64,000 nucleotides of DNA from Candidatus Gottesmanbacteria bacterium UBA6580 (GCA_002433895.1 DJJA01000003.1:288486-352485), one strand, 5' to 3'; positions 19,401-29,629 are shown, counted from the first letter of the stretch. Numbers and translations: made by a program. The notes: generated from the letters alone by a model not told the origin.

Positions 19401-21095
19401 ATGAAATCATTGAAGGTTTTAGTTTTGGCAGTTCTATTGCTTGTCGCTCCGTTTGGCGTGCGCGCCCAGGAGAGCGATCTGTATGCTGGCACCGAGCACA
19501 TACGCCTGCATCACGACAGTATTTCCATACAGGCAGATGGCACCATGCTCGTTGAAGAACGGATTGAGTATGATTTTGACACGCTTTCGCGCCATGGAAT
19601 TTACCGGGATATCCCGTACATAAAAACAAACGAGAATGGCAAAAAATACATCATGGATATTTCGGGATTTACGGTGCGGGATGAAGCCGGAAATCCGTAT
19701 AAATTCACCGAAAGCCGGGAAAATGATGCAATCCGTTGGAAAATCGGTGATCCGGGAGTCACGATAACCGGGGCACACACGTACGACATGAGCTATACCG
19801 TTTCCGGCGCGCTCACCTATTTTCCCGGGCATGATGAGCTGTACTGGAACGTGATCGGTGCCGGTTGGCCGGTGCCGATCGCCAGAGCTTCGGTGACCGT
19901 AGCGCTCCCCAGTGGAGTGCCGGAGGCAGATTTGCATGTCGCGTGTTACACGGGAGCCGCGGGGAGTACGGATACTGATTGCGTGACCAAAAAAACGGGC
20001 GACCGGACCGTCAGCATCCAAACATCCCGGCCACTCAACAGTTATGAAGGACTTACTGTGGTGGTGGGATTTCCCAAAGGGATCGTTGCCGTACTGGAGC
20101 CCCGTGAACTAGTTCCCTTTTTTGACACGTTGTGGGGAAAAGTAGTATTGGCGTTTATCACCATTGGCGCGTTCCTTTGGTATATTGTGGCTCCGATTGC
20201 CGTCATCCGTAAGTGGTGGACAAATGGCCGGGATCCAAAACCAGCGATGGGGGAAGCCCGCGCGTGGTTCAGTCCGCCAAAAAACCAGCATCACCGGCCG
20301 CTTACTCCCGCGGAAACCGGTACGCTTATCGATGAGCGGGCGGATTTGCGTGATATATACGCGTCTATCGTAGACTTAGCACGGCGCGGGTATCTTACCA
20401 TCATCGAGACCAAAAAAAACGTATTTGACCTGGAAAAACGCAACGAAGCTGACACAAATCTTCTGCCGTTTGAGCGGGAATTACTCCAAGGGATATTTAA
20501 AAGTGGTGACCGGGTGAGTGTAAAGTCTATTGATCTTACCAAGACCTTGGAAAAAGTGAAATCGATGCTGTACGAAATACTCGTCCATGATAAATTTTTC
20601 CCCACCAATCCCAACACACTGCGCGGGTGGTATGTGGCGCTTGCGGTTGTGGCACTCATGAGCTTTAATCCGATACTGTTTTTAGTGGCGTTAATTTTTG
20701 GGCAAAATATGCCCCGTAAAACACTCTTTGGCGCCGAACAGGCGGCAATTGCGCGGAGCTTAAAAAATTTCCTGACGAGCCAAGACAAGCAGTTGGCGTT
20801 TCAGGCAAAAAATCAAATGATGTTTGAAAAATTATTAGCCTTTGCGGTTGCGTTTGGCGTGGAAGAAATATGGGCGGAACGGTTTAAAAGCATGGGACTC
20901 AAAAATCCCGACTGGTACCAGTCCTCCACGGGTGGCAGATTTAATAGTGTTGTGTTTGCCCACAGTCTTGGGCATGGTATGAGCGCCTCGTTTGCGGCGT
21001 CTATCGCCGCACACTCATCGACAGGGTCGTCATCCGGGTTTTCCGGCGGCTCATCGGGAGGCGGCGGTGGCGGCGGTGGCGGCGGAAGTTGGTAA
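19401..21095 (+). CDS. DUF2207-domain membrane protein with a Gly-rich C-terminal tail
   Basis: signal peptide, large extracellular domain, 3 TM, C-terminal SSGGGGGGGGGGSW. Confidence 0.65.
   Translation: MKSLKVLVLAVLLLVAPFGVRAQESDLYAGTEHIRLHHDSISIQADGTMLVEERIEYDFDTLSRHGIYRDIPYIKTNENGKKYIMDISGFTVRDEAGNPYKFTESRENDAIRWKIGDPGVTITGAHTYDMSYTVSGALTYFPGHDELYWNVIGAGWPVPIARASVTVALPSGVPEADLHVACYTGAAGSTDTDCVTKKTGDRTVSIQTSRPLNSYEGLTVVVGFPKGIVAVLEPRELVPFFDTLWGKVVLAFITIGAFLWYIVAPIAVIRKWWTNGRDPKPAMGEARAWFSPPKNQHHRPLTPAETGTLIDERADLRDIYASIVDLARRGYLTIIETKKNVFDLEKRNEADTNLLPFERELLQGIFKSGDRVSVKSIDLTKTLEKVKSMLYEILVHDKFFPTNPNTLRGWYVALAVVALMSFNPILFLVALIFGQNMPRKTLFGAEQAAIARSLKNFLTSQDKQLAFQAKNQMMFEKLLAFAVAFGVEEIWAERFKSMGLKNPDWYQSSTGGRFNSVVFAHSLGHGMSASFAASIAAHSSTGSSSGFSGGSSGGGGGGGGGGSW
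21040..21092 (+). repeat. GGC/GGT repeat encoding a poly-Gly tail
   Basis: ggcggcggtggcggcggtggcggcgga. Confidence 0.8.
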
Positions 21096-21155
21096 TACTT
21101 CTTTCATTGACTTCTTTCTTTGTTATCTATATTACTTATATAGGAGGAATTTCTT

Positions 21156-21653
21156 ATGGCGGCATACAGCAAACGTCCTATGTGGCAGTGGGTACTTATT
21201 TACCTATTGGTTGGTGGCCTGGTCTACTGGCTGATTTATTACTTCGTTTTCGCCAAAAATGGGAACGGATACAAGATGGGAAGCGATTATAACTACAACG
21301 CGACACCAGAGGAGATGCGCTCAAAGGTGACTATCACGCTCAGTGAGCTTAACGGCTCAGGAGAAAGCGGAACCGCCATACTCGAGGAGGTCGATGGTAA
21401 AGTGACCGTGACGGTTAATTTGACGGGGTTCCCGGCTGATGGCGTGTCACAACCGGCGCATTTGCATGTGGGTGAATGTCCGGGAGTCGGCGCGGTGAAA
21501 TACCCGATCACATCATTGGTCAATGGTACATCAGTAACCATGCTTGATGTGACGCTCGCGCAGCTAAAGAGTGAGTTGCCATTGGCGCTCAACGTGCATA
21601 AGTCAGCAGCAGAAGCAAAAGTATATACCGCATGCGGCGGATTATCACTTTAA
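21156..21653 (+). CDS. Membrane-anchored CHRD-like domain protein
   Basis: N-terminal TM; GTAILEEVDGKVTVTVNLTG...PAHLHVGECPG resembles the CHRD H.H motif. Confidence 0.45.
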   Translation: MAAYSKRPMWQWVLIYLLVGGLVYWLIYYFVFAKNGNGYKMGSDYNYNATPEEMRSKVTITLSELNGSGESGTAILEEVDGKVTVTVNLTGFPADGVSQPAHLHVGECPGVGAVKYPITSLVNGTSVTMLDVTLAQLKSELPLALNVHKSAAEAKVYTACGGLSL

Positions 21654-21889
21654 AGCGGAAGACTGCGTTGTCCTGACACAACCTTGGGGGTTGCCGGTTT
21701 TTCCTTCGCCTCAAGCGAGCCGGAGACGATCAGTTCCAAAAGATCGTTCCGTAATATGGCATAAATGCCGTGGCCGCCCGCGGATAACCGGCGCGCTTTG
21801 AGTTTTTTATTCTCTATCCATCGTCTGATCGTGTCGGGGTGTTTGTGGAGAAATGTTGCTGCTTCTTCTACAGTGACGATATCTTGCAT
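21650..21889 (-). CDS. Excisionase/MerR-superfamily HTH DNA-binding protein
   Basis: IVTVEEAATFLHKHPDTIRRWIENKKLKA HTH_17-like; ORF extends to a GTG at 21910. Confidence 0.55.
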   Translation of the reverse strand: MQDIVTVEEAATFLHKHPDTIRRWIENKKLKARRLSAGGHGIYAILRNDLLELIVSGSLEAKEKPATPKVVSGQRSLPL

Positions 21890-21899
21890 AAGCAGCCTA

Positions 21900-21925
21900 G
21901 AGTATACCACACGTGTGCTATACTC
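21900..21925. promoter_or_regulatory. 26-bp near-perfect palindrome GAGTATACCACACGTGTGCTATACTC in the divergent HTH/capA intergenic region (candidate operator)
   Basis: 7-bp outer arms, 10-bp perfect inner palindrome CACACGTGTG and one symmetric mismatch pair, read directly. Confidence 0.6.
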
Positions 21926-23019
21926 ACGGCGTGAGGATAATCGCCGGCCTTATTCTTTTTCTGGTTGTGGTAGCGGGAGCGGCGGCGTTGGTAGACATTT
22001 CGTTTTTGCGGTCATTTATTCCCCGGGCTGATGTATTGGGTGAGAAAAAAGAAAATATTCCTGCCCCGGCACCCACGCCTGTTATGCCACAATTCTCCCT
22101 TAATTCCATATTTTCTTCTGATCACTCGTGGGTAACGGATTTACCGGCGGACGCGGCGGTCACCATGATCGCAACCGGAGATGTGATACCCGCAAGATCG
22201 GTGAATTACAAAATGGTGACGGGACACGGGTTCCGCTGGCCGTTTGAAAAAACCGCTGATGTACTTTCCAGCGCTGACATGACAGTGATAAACCTGGAAA
22301 CGCCGTTGCTTTCCAATTGTCCTATTACGGTGGAAGGCATGTTGTTTTGTGGCGACGCGCGGGTAACAGAAGGATTAACCTATGCCGGTATCGATATCGC
22401 GACGTTAGGAAACAACCACGTAGGAAATCATTACCTCGAAGGGATCGCGGAAACAAAGCAAATATTAATCAATGCCGGCATCGTACCTGTCGCGGATACA
22501 CCGGCATACAAAGAAGTGAAAGGGACGAAGTTCGCCTTCCTTGCCTACAACGATATTGGCGCTCCTGAGGCGGGGGTACCATGGGCAGAGGAATATAAAA
22601 TCAAAACGGATATTGCCGAAGCCCGGAAGAACGCGGACATCATCATCGTGTCATACCATTGGGGCGTGGAGTACGTTACCGAGCCCACGGAGCGACAGAG
22701 AAATTTGGCGCACTTCACTATCGATAACGGCGCGGATGTGGTACTAGGTAATCATCCGCACTGGGTGCAACCCGTAGAATTTTACAACGATAAATTTATC
22801 ATCTACGCGCATGGGAATTTCGTATTTGATCAGGAGTGGAGTGAGGAAACGAAATTAGGAGTGATCGGAAAGTACACGTTTTATGATAAAAAATTGGTGG
22901 ACGTCGAGTATATGCCTATCCGCATCGTGGATTACGGGCAACCATATTTTCTGGAAGGTGACGCGCGGCAGAAGGTGTCGGACGCGTTGCGGATACATAG
23001 TGAGTACATGGTAAAATAA
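21913..23019 (+). CDS. capA: CapA-family metallophosphatase (poly-gamma-glutamate biosynthesis protein-like)
   Basis: GD.....LETP...GNNH...., SYHWG.E, GNHPH motifs; start GTG 21913 or, more likely, GTG 21931 (MRIIAGLILFL). Confidence 0.8.
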   Translation: MCYTHGVRIIAGLILFLVVVAGAAALVDISFLRSFIPRADVLGEKKENIPAPAPTPVMPQFSLNSIFSSDHSWVTDLPADAAVTMIATGDVIPARSVNYKMVTGHGFRWPFEKTADVLSSADMTVINLETPLLSNCPITVEGMLFCGDARVTEGLTYAGIDIATLGNNHVGNHYLEGIAETKQILINAGIVPVADTPAYKEVKGTKFAFLAYNDIGAPEAGVPWAEEYKIKTDIAEARKNADIIIVSYHWGVEYVTEPTERQRNLAHFTIDNGADVVLGNHPHWVQPVEFYNDKFIIYAHGNFVFDQEWSEETKLGVIGKYTFYDKKLVDVEYMPIRIVDYGQPYFLEGDARQKVSDALRIHSEYMVK

Positions 23020-23024
23020 CTGGC

Positions 23025-23294
23025 ATGAAATCATTAGAAGCACTAGAAGCCGAGATCATGAAGCTTCAGGCGCGGAATAAACGGGTAGAGGCAGATAAAG
23101 CATGGGAGACAAGCCTCACCCGCCGGTTATTTATCAGCGGCGCAACGTACTTTTTGATTGCGGTTTTTATGATTGTTCTTGGCGTGGAAAAACCGTTTGT
23201 TTCCGCGATTATCCCCGCGATAGCGTATCTTATCTCTACCGCATCACTCGCGGCGCTCAAGGAAGTCTGGCTCGCGGGACAAAAAAAGACGTAA
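23025..23294 (+). CDS. small membrane protein, hypothetical
   Basis: two hydrophobic helices; -10 TAAAAT 7 nt upstream of the ATG. Confidence 0.35.
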   Translation: MKSLEALEAEIMKLQARNKRVEADKAWETSLTRRLFISGATYFLIAVFMIVLGVEKPFVSAIIPAIAYLISTASLAALKEVWLAGQKKT

Positions 23295-23304
23295 ACCATT
23301 TACG

Positions 23305-24159
23305 TCAAAGAAGGGTATTAAATTCCAGGATCATCGCGACATCATGATTGTCGAGCGGTTTGGTTTCCCGCATGCGGGATAATAGTGTTTTTAAGATAAC
23401 CTGCTGGCGTTTTAGTTTTTTATAATACTCTTCGGTGTAGCGGGGATTATTTTTAAGGCGTTCGGTAAACCAGATGAGCGGATGAAGATTTTCGTTTACG
23501 GCAGCATATTGTTTTTCGTATAGTTCTTTTTCCGTCGTGTTGTACCCAAGGTATTCGGCAATACCTCCGGGAATGGTGAAGAGCTGCACCGCGTAGTTGA
23601 CGTAGTATTGTTTATACGGTCCTTCGACAATAGCCGCGCCGGTATCGGTGAGCGTGGGGTCGAGCAGGTTTGCCCGGTGCGATGTGCTGTTCATAAACCC
23701 TTCAACGAAATTGGCCGCGGAAATCCCGCCCATGCCAATGTTTTCAGATGCGTATATGAACGAATATTCGAGCTTTGGTAATACCGTGCCAAGTTCTATG
23801 CCTTCATACGGATCCTGATGTGAAAAATTTTGGTATTTTTTTATGACATCCGCGCGCATCTTGGCAGCCCGCATAAGTGTGGCATTGAGGCGTAGCGCGG
23901 GGGCATTATGAGCCGCGCGGATATTGTTAATCTCGTCAACAAAATCGATGGGGTCGATAGTCTGGGCACCTAAAACCGATTGATCTATGGTGGTCAGTGT
24001 TAGCGGGCCGCTCAGTGATGTGTGGGAAATCCGTTCGGGAACGGGGAGAGGAGCGAGTGCTACTTGCCTCGGCGCGGTTTTATAACCATATACAAAGCAC
24101 ATGAGGAGGGTAATGAAAATAACGTACGGCTGATGATTCCTGGCGTGTTTTTTGGTCAT
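23305..24159 (-). CDS. Membrane-anchored CAP/SCP (PR-1-like) domain protein
   Basis: N-terminal TM; HRANLLDPTLTDTGAA CAP signature region; -10 TATACT 6 nt upstream of the ATG. Confidence 0.6.
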   Translation of the reverse strand: MTKKHARNHQPYVIFITLLMCFVYGYKTAPRQVALAPLPVPERISHTSLSGPLTLTTIDQSVLGAQTIDPIDFVDEINNIRAAHNAPALRLNATLMRAAKMRADVIKKYQNFSHQDPYEGIELGTVLPKLEYSFIYASENIGMGGISAANFVEGFMNSTSHRANLLDPTLTDTGAAIVEGPYKQYYVNYAVQLFTIPGGIAEYLGYNTTEKELYEKQYAAVNENLHPLIWFTERLKNNPRYTEEYYKKLKRQQVILKTLLSRMRETKPLDNHDVAMILEFNTLL

Positions 24160-24217
24160 GAGAAAAGTATAGCATTGTCACGTGTTTATCCCGCGGGCGT
24201 ATGAGGTTTGGTTCGCG

Positions 24218-25087
24218 CTAAATTTTAAACTTTTCAACTAAAAAGGTTGAGCCTACGATAATCGCGCCCCCTACAATTTCCACCGGTGTTAACCGCTCTC
24301 CAAGTAGCGGATAGGAAAGAAGTGCCACGAATACCGGGGTGAGGGAAAATATCATGGTGACAAATGACGCGGTGGAAAATGTGTACGCGCGGTTTCTCGC
24401 CATCGTGAGGGTAAACGAAAACGCGGCGCCGACCAAAATCATCAGTATATTTACCGGGAGTTTGAGGGAACCACTGAGATATCCGAATATCAGGAGTGAC
24501 GCCGCAGAGACAATAGAAATTGCGGAGCCACTCAGGTCTGGATGCATGCGGGACACTGTGTGTTTGATAAGGATATTAGCAACCAGCGCAGCGGACGCTG
24601 CCATAAGCAGGGTGTAGATGTCACCGCGGGTTAGCGCGATAACTTGTCCGCCCGTGGTGAGCAGATACGAGCCTGTGAGAATAAGCAACGTAAGAAACCA
24701 TTTTTTTATCGTGATCGCTTCTTTGAAAAAAATGTAAGCAAAGATAATCGTAAATACCACGATCGTCCGGTAAAGAAATGAAAAGTTCACCGCCGAGGTG
24801 TTGGCAAGCGCAAGCGCTTGCAGATAGTTGATACCGATAGATGACGCGATGCCAATGCCCACGAGGTACAGCTTAAATTTGGTAGAAAGCGCTTTGTAGG
24901 CGTTAACGTGCCGCTTAAAAAGGAAGGCCCACGGGATAACCATGGCAAGACCAATCCATATCGTGAGGTTGAGCGGTTCTTCGCCATGGGAGAGGAGATA
25001 GCGGGAATTGACGATAGAGCACGCCCACAGGAACGACGACGTGACGGCAAACAGTAGCCCTTTGTTCATTTTGGAAAATAATTTCAT
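24218..25087 (-). CDS. EamA/DMT-family transporter
   Basis: 10-TM EamA architecture. Confidence 0.7.
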   Translation of the reverse strand: MKLFSKMNKGLLFAVTSSFLWACSIVNSRYLLSHGEEPLNLTIWIGLAMVIPWAFLFKRHVNAYKALSTKFKLYLVGIGIASSIGINYLQALALANTSAVNFSFLYRTIVVFTIIFAYIFFKEAITIKKWFLTLLILTGSYLLTTGGQVIALTRGDIYTLLMAASAALVANILIKHTVSRMHPDLSGSAISIVSAASLLIFGYLSGSLKLPVNILMILVGAAFSFTLTMARNRAYTFSTASFVTMIFSLTPVFVALLSYPLLGERLTPVEIVGGAIIVGSTFLVEKFKI

Positions 25088-25140
25088 AACCTCCGTATTA
25101 TAGAATATTAGTGATCCCGGGTGGTGATAGAATACATAGT

Positions 25141-25608
25141 ATGATCAAAGCCGCTGATTTTTCACTCCCCGACCAAAATGGGGTAGTCCATACACTTAAG
25201 GAATACCGGGGAAAATGGCTGATCCTCTATTTTTATCCCAAGGATGATACGCCCGGGTGTACGAAAGAAGCCTGCAGTTTCCGTGATAGTGTCGCCGAGT
25301 TTGCAAAACGCGGGGTCGCGATTGTGGGAGTTTCGCGTGACAGCGTAGCGTCACACAAAAAATTTGCGGATAAATACAAACTCACCTTTACCCTGTTAAG
25401 TGATGAAAGCCTCGCGATGATCAAGACATACAACGCGTGGGGAGAAAAGAAATTTATGGGCAAGGTGTTTAGCGGGATACTGCGCAACACCTATCTCATA
25501 AACCCCCAAGGCGAGATAGCGAAAGTATATGAAAAGGTAAATCCGCTGGTGCACTCGGAAGAATTGCTCCGCGACCTGGATATGTTTACTAAAATGTATG
25601 AAACATAA
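25141..25608 (+). CDS. bcp: Peroxiredoxin Bcp (AhpC/TSA family)
   Basis: FSLPDQNG...YFYPKDDTPGCT peroxidatic Cys motif; ATG 25141 aligns with the Bcp N-terminus (ORF from GTG 25111); -10 TAGAAT 7 nt upstream. Confidence 0.85.
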   Translation: MIKAADFSLPDQNGVVHTLKEYRGKWLILYFYPKDDTPGCTKEACSFRDSVAEFAKRGVAIVGVSRDSVASHKKFADKYKLTFTLLSDESLAMIKTYNAWGEKKFMGKVFSGILRNTYLINPQGEIAKVYEKVNPLVHSEELLRDLDMFTKMYET

Positions 25609-25900
25609 CGAATACCAGATGCACGTAAAAGTGTGGGAATATCAGGGAGATGGCGCGTGGCATTTCGTCACGCTACCCGTTGATATGGCAGCGGAGATTA
25701 AACAGCTTTTTGGTTTGCCGCGGCACGGATGGGGGTCGATACCGGTCGGGGTGACGATAGGGAATTCGGTATGGAAAACATCAATTTTTCCCGACAAAGA
25801 AAGCGGGTCATACGTGTTGCCCATAAAATCAGCAGTGAGGAAAGCAGAGGGAATTACAAAAGGGGATGATGTGACCGTGCTTATCCGGGTACTAAACTAA
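25598..25900 (+). CDS. DUF1905-domain protein
   Basis: WHFVTLP....G...GSIPV..TIG...W.TS.FP consistent with DUF1905. Confidence 0.45.
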   Translation: MKHNEYQMHVKVWEYQGDGAWHFVTLPVDMAAEIKQLFGLPRHGWGSIPVGVTIGNSVWKTSIFPDKESGSYVLPIKSAVRKAEGITKGDDVTVLIRVLN

Positions 25901-25901
25901 G

Positions 25902-26117
25902 TTACTTCCGGACATCGATATACTCCTGCAGCTGGACGACGAAGTCAGCAACAGCTGGAATAAATTCAAAAGTACTGAGTGTTTTTACCACGATAGTGAG
26001 CACCATGGTGGCTCCGATGACGGAGCCCAATCCCCACATAAGTCCACCGATAAAGTTTTTGGCAATGATATTGCCCCACCCGGTTTTTTCGTTGGCCTCG
26101 TACCGCTCACGTTTCAT
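25902..26117 (-). CDS. small membrane protein, hypothetical
   Basis: single TM GLMWGLGSVIGATMVLTIVV. Confidence 0.35.
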   Translation of the reverse strand: MKRERYEANEKTGWGNIIAKNFIGGLMWGLGSVIGATMVLTIVVKTLSTFEFIPAVADFVVQLQEYIDVRK

Positions 26118-26165
26118 ATATCTAGCATACGGGGTTTGGGGAAAATTCGCTAGACGCGTGGGGAG

Positions 26166-26429
26166 TTAGCGGGTGCCTCTTTGTGATCGGGAGGTGTACT
26201 CGACTTCAGATACTGTGCGGCGCCAAAGTAATCCTTTGCCGCGGAGCGTGGAATTTACGTCATCTTGATCAAGCCATTGGGATTTAGAAAAACTTGCCAG
26301 TCTCGTGGGGCGCTCACCCGGCAATTTGAAACTCACCGTCGCGCGATTCTTTCCAAATGAAATGTTTACCAAGCCAATTTTCTCGCTACCTCCAACCGTC
26401 ATTGCGCCCTGATATTGATGCAGTTTCAT
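26166..26429 (-). CDS. hypothetical protein (ORF extends to 26528; start set at MKLHQYQG)
   Basis: ORF only; host-like GC. Confidence 0.3.
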   Translation of the reverse strand: MKLHQYQGAMTVGGSEKIGLVNISFGKNRATVSFKLPGERPTRLASFSKSQWLDQDDVNSTLRGKGLLWRRTVSEVEYTSRSQRGTR

Positions 26430-26551
26430 AATAGCCTGGCAGGAATTTTTCCTATAATAGCACATTATACTTAGTCTGCAAGCGTAAGGGTGTGGTAGCG
26501 CTAATAGGAAGGGTGTAGAATAGGGCAAAGAAATTGTAAGGTGAAGTATTT

Positions 26552-26788
26552 ATGGTTACATACAAACCCAAAAAAGGCGAAGTATTAGGAATGATTTTAT
26601 TCCTTTATGCAATTATAGTTGGGTTTTTTCTTAACTTAGTTGCGAGTATTATTTATGACTTATTGATTAAGTCAGCTTCTATTCATTGGAAAATAGGCAT
26701 TATGCTGTTTGGGCTTATTATTACTGGCGGAATATTTTATATAGTGAATGAATTTTATATTAAGCCTTTTGACAAGACCCATAAATAA
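26552..26788 (+). CDS. small 2-TM membrane protein, first gene of the AT-rich island
   Basis: MILFLYAIIVGFFLNLVASIIY and LFGLIITGGIFYIV helices; AT-rich codons. Confidence 0.4.
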   Translation: MVTYKPKKGEVLGMILFLYAIIVGFFLNLVASIIYDLLIKSASIHWKIGIMLFGLIITGGIFYIVNEFYIKPFDKTHK

Positions 26789-26898
26789 TAGGGAAATTTT
26801 TAACAGCAGAGGATAGTTATTTTATCGTAATTCAATCACAAGGAGCGTATAATTTATTGTGCATGATTAAAGTAATGCTATTTTAATGAAAGGATTTT

Positions 26899-27717
26899 AT
26901 GATCATAGAGACATTAGATAAAAAGGAAGCCATAAAAAGACTAGTTCATACTGCTGTGGAATCATACGCGGCGGGTTTTCAGGCTCGTCACGAAGGAGAA
27001 TTTGAAAATCCAGAAGGCACACTTAACATGAAAATTCACAATGTTTTCATTGCAGTGCTTGGGCCAGAAATTCAGTACTACACAGCGTTAGTGCGTTCAT
27101 TAGATAGTTCATTGGGTAATATGTTGGAGAAATTAGCAATCAACATCGCAAAGTTTTCGTATGAAGTTAAAAGGAATGTTGAGGGACCACTTAGTCTTAA
27201 ACAAACTCAAGACATAGCAGAATTATTAGAAAAATATAAGCGCCGGGTAATTAGTCCTCCAACACAAGAGGATTATCAGCTTTTACGTAATAAGCCCGAT
27301 GAGCAAGCACTCGTGACAAAGAGGCACGATAGTGATTATTGTCTTACAGACAAAGAAACTGGAGAACATTTTTTGATAGAGCTAAAAATTGGTGGTGATC
27401 TCGATAATAAAAAGGCAAGATCGGAGAAGGAAGCTTTGTTAGAGCAATTTGCTATCTTGTCCAACACGCTTTCTGCGGATACGAAAATTCGTTTATTTTT
27501 TGCTACCGCATACAACCGCTATGGAGAAGATAAGGTTTGGGGTCAAGAGCGAGTCCGTCAATTCTTTGCAGAAGACGAATTATTAATTGGGCGAGCGTTT
27601 TGGAATTTTGTATGTAAATCTAACGATGGTTACGATGTTGTTTTGGAAGCATATAAGGAGAAAGCAGGGCTTATTAAAGCGGCACTAGATTCAATTAAAA
27701 AGACTTATCTTGGGTAA
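26899..27717 (+). CDS. Putative Type II restriction endonuclease (PD-(D/E)xK), candidate GATC-specific DpnII/MboI family
   Basis: DSDYCLTDKETGEHFLIELKIGGD gives D-x(n)-E-L-K; location directly upstream of two GATC-family methyltransferases. Confidence 0.55.
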   Translation: MIIETLDKKEAIKRLVHTAVESYAAGFQARHEGEFENPEGTLNMKIHNVFIAVLGPEIQYYTALVRSLDSSLGNMLEKLAINIAKFSYEVKRNVEGPLSLKQTQDIAELLEKYKRRVISPPTQEDYQLLRNKPDEQALVTKRHDSDYCLTDKETGEHFLIELKIGGDLDNKKARSEKEALLEQFAILSNTLSADTKIRLFFATAYNRYGEDKVWGQERVRQFFAEDELLIGRAFWNFVCKSNDGYDVVLEAYKEKAGLIKAALDSIKKTYLG

Positions 27718-27720
27718 TTC

Positions 27721-28857
27721 ATGCAACCAATCATCAAGTGGCCTGGCGGTAAATCAAAGGAATTTGAGCAGATAAAAAATCTGATACCTCCTCACACCCG
27801 GTATATAGAGCCTTTTTTTGGCGGTGGAGCTGTTTTTTTTAACCTGAAGCCCAATAATTCAATCATAAATGATTTTTGCGAAGAGTTGATGGAATTTTAC
27901 CGTTTTGTCAAAGGAGAAAGTAATCGGGTTGAATTTAAACATTGCCTATATGACTACGTAGACAATTGGGAAAAAGTGCCGAAGTTTTTAAGTGTGTTTG
28001 AAGACGATTTATCCCTTCTATATGGCGAATACAAGCGCGATAAGAAGTCAGAACAGGACATCAAGGAAATAATTAGATTTAAGCTAAAGTCAAATGAAGA
28101 TCGTTTCAATGGATTATTCTCGAAAGAGTTTGCGCTTGACCCACAAAACTTATTAGAAGAGATAATAAAAAATCTAATTTCAAAAATTAAACGAATAAAA
28201 CAAGTAGAAATGGAAAGAGGCGCTTTACCTAAAGGTGATTTATATAAGAATTTTGAAACAGCATTTAGAAGTGGTTTTTATATGCATTTTCGAGATGTTA
28301 TGAATAAGAATGGTGGGAAATATTTGATAACGAAAGCTAAAAAAATAGCTAATTATTACTTTATAAGAGAATTTTGTTATGGTTCAATGTTTAGGTTTAA
28401 TTCTAATGGGGATTTTAATATTCCTTACGGGGGTATAGCATATAACCATAAAGATTTTAGAGGAAAAGTTGATTATGTTTTTAGTAAGGAAGTTGAAGAA
28501 CTATTCAAAAATTCGAAGATATTTAGTACAGATTTCGAAAAAATACTCACTACTCAAAATTTAAAAGAAAGTGACTTTATGTTTTTAGATCCGCCTTACG
28601 ATACCGACTTTAGTAATTACGAAAAAAATGACTTCGGAAAACAAGACCATATTCGATTAGCAAATTGCCTTTACAAAACTAAGGCAAAATTTATATTGAT
28701 CATCAAAGAAACTCCCTTTATAAAAGACCTTTATTCAAATAGAGAGGGAATAATAATAGATAGCTTCGAAAAAAAGTATCTCTATAATGTTAAAGGTCGT
28801 AATAATCGCGATGCCCAACATCTCGTAGTTTACAATTTTGAGTATGGTGCAAAATGA
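27721..28857 (+). CDS. DNA adenine methyltransferase, alpha class (Dam/DpnM-like, D12 family)
   Basis: IKWPGGKSK (motif X), EPFFGGGAVFF (motif I), FNIPYGG, FMFLDPPY (motif IV); close resemblance to the DpnM N-terminus. Confidence 0.85.
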   Translation: MQPIIKWPGGKSKEFEQIKNLIPPHTRYIEPFFGGGAVFFNLKPNNSIINDFCEELMEFYRFVKGESNRVEFKHCLYDYVDNWEKVPKFLSVFEDDLSLLYGEYKRDKKSEQDIKEIIRFKLKSNEDRFNGLFSKEFALDPQNLLEEIIKNLISKIKRIKQVEMERGALPKGDLYKNFETAFRSGFYMHFRDVMNKNGGKYLITKAKKIANYYFIREFCYGSMFRFNSNGDFNIPYGGIAYNHKDFRGKVDYVFSKEVEELFKNSKIFSTDFEKILTTQNLKESDFMFLDPPYDTDFSNYEKNDFGKQDHIRLANCLYKTKAKFILIIKETPFIKDLYSNREGIIIDSFEKKYLYNVKGRNNRDAQHLVVYNFEYGAK

Positions 28858-29629
28858 GAATTCAATAATTCATGGAGACGCTATCGATGAGCTAAAGAAA
28901 TTCCCAGATAATACGTTCGATTTAATTTTTGCTGACCCGCCTTATTATTTACAACTTCCAAAAGGAAAAAGACTTAGAAGAGCTGATGGCTCTGAGGTTA
29001 TTCCAGTTGACGATAAATGGGATAGTTTTGAAAGTTATGACGATTATGATGGTTTCACTTATAAATGGCTCAAAGAGTGCCAAAGAGTATTAAAACCAAC
29101 TGGTACGATTTGGGTTATTGGAATGTATCACAATATATTTCGAGTAGGAAAAATAATGCAGGACTTGGGAATTTGGTTCTTGAACGACATTATATGGGTG
29201 AAAATTGGAGCATTACCAAACCTTAGCTGTCGAAGGTTTACGAATAATCATGAAACCTTGATTTGGGCGGTTAAAAATAAGAAATCTAAGGGTTATACAT
29301 TTAATTATCAATTAATGAAAAGATTGAATGGTAACAAGCAGATGAAGGATACAGACTGGGTTTTCTCTATTTGTAGAGGAAATGAAAGAGAGCGAGATGA
29401 AAATGGCGTCAAATCCCACCCCACACAAAAACCCCTTAAACTAATTCAACACATTTTGCTGACAGCAAGCAATAAAGGAGATCTAGTTCTAGATCCTTTT
29501 ATGGGGAGCGGAACTACGGCAGTTGTTGCAACTGCACTCGGTCGTAGATGGATTGGTATAGAGAAGGAAGAAAAATATATAAAGGTAGCTACAACAAGAT
29601 TAAATAAATATATAGCTACCAAGAAATAG
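28838..29629 (+). CDS. DNA methyltransferase, beta class (DpnA/M.MboIC/M.HinfI-like N6A/N4C family)
   Basis: FADPPY (motif IV) N-terminal to LDPFMGSGTT (motif I); NLSCRRFTNNHETLIW and HPTQKP blocks shared with DpnA. Confidence 0.85.
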   Translation: MSMVQNENSIIHGDAIDELKKFPDNTFDLIFADPPYYLQLPKGKRLRRADGSEVIPVDDKWDSFESYDDYDGFTYKWLKECQRVLKPTGTIWVIGMYHNIFRVGKIMQDLGIWFLNDIIWVKIGALPNLSCRRFTNNHETLIWAVKNKKSKGYTFNYQLMKRLNGNKQMKDTDWVFSICRGNERERDENGVKSHPTQKPLKLIQHILLTASNKGDLVLDPFMGSGTTAVVATALGRRWIGIEKEEKYIKVATTRLNKYIATKK

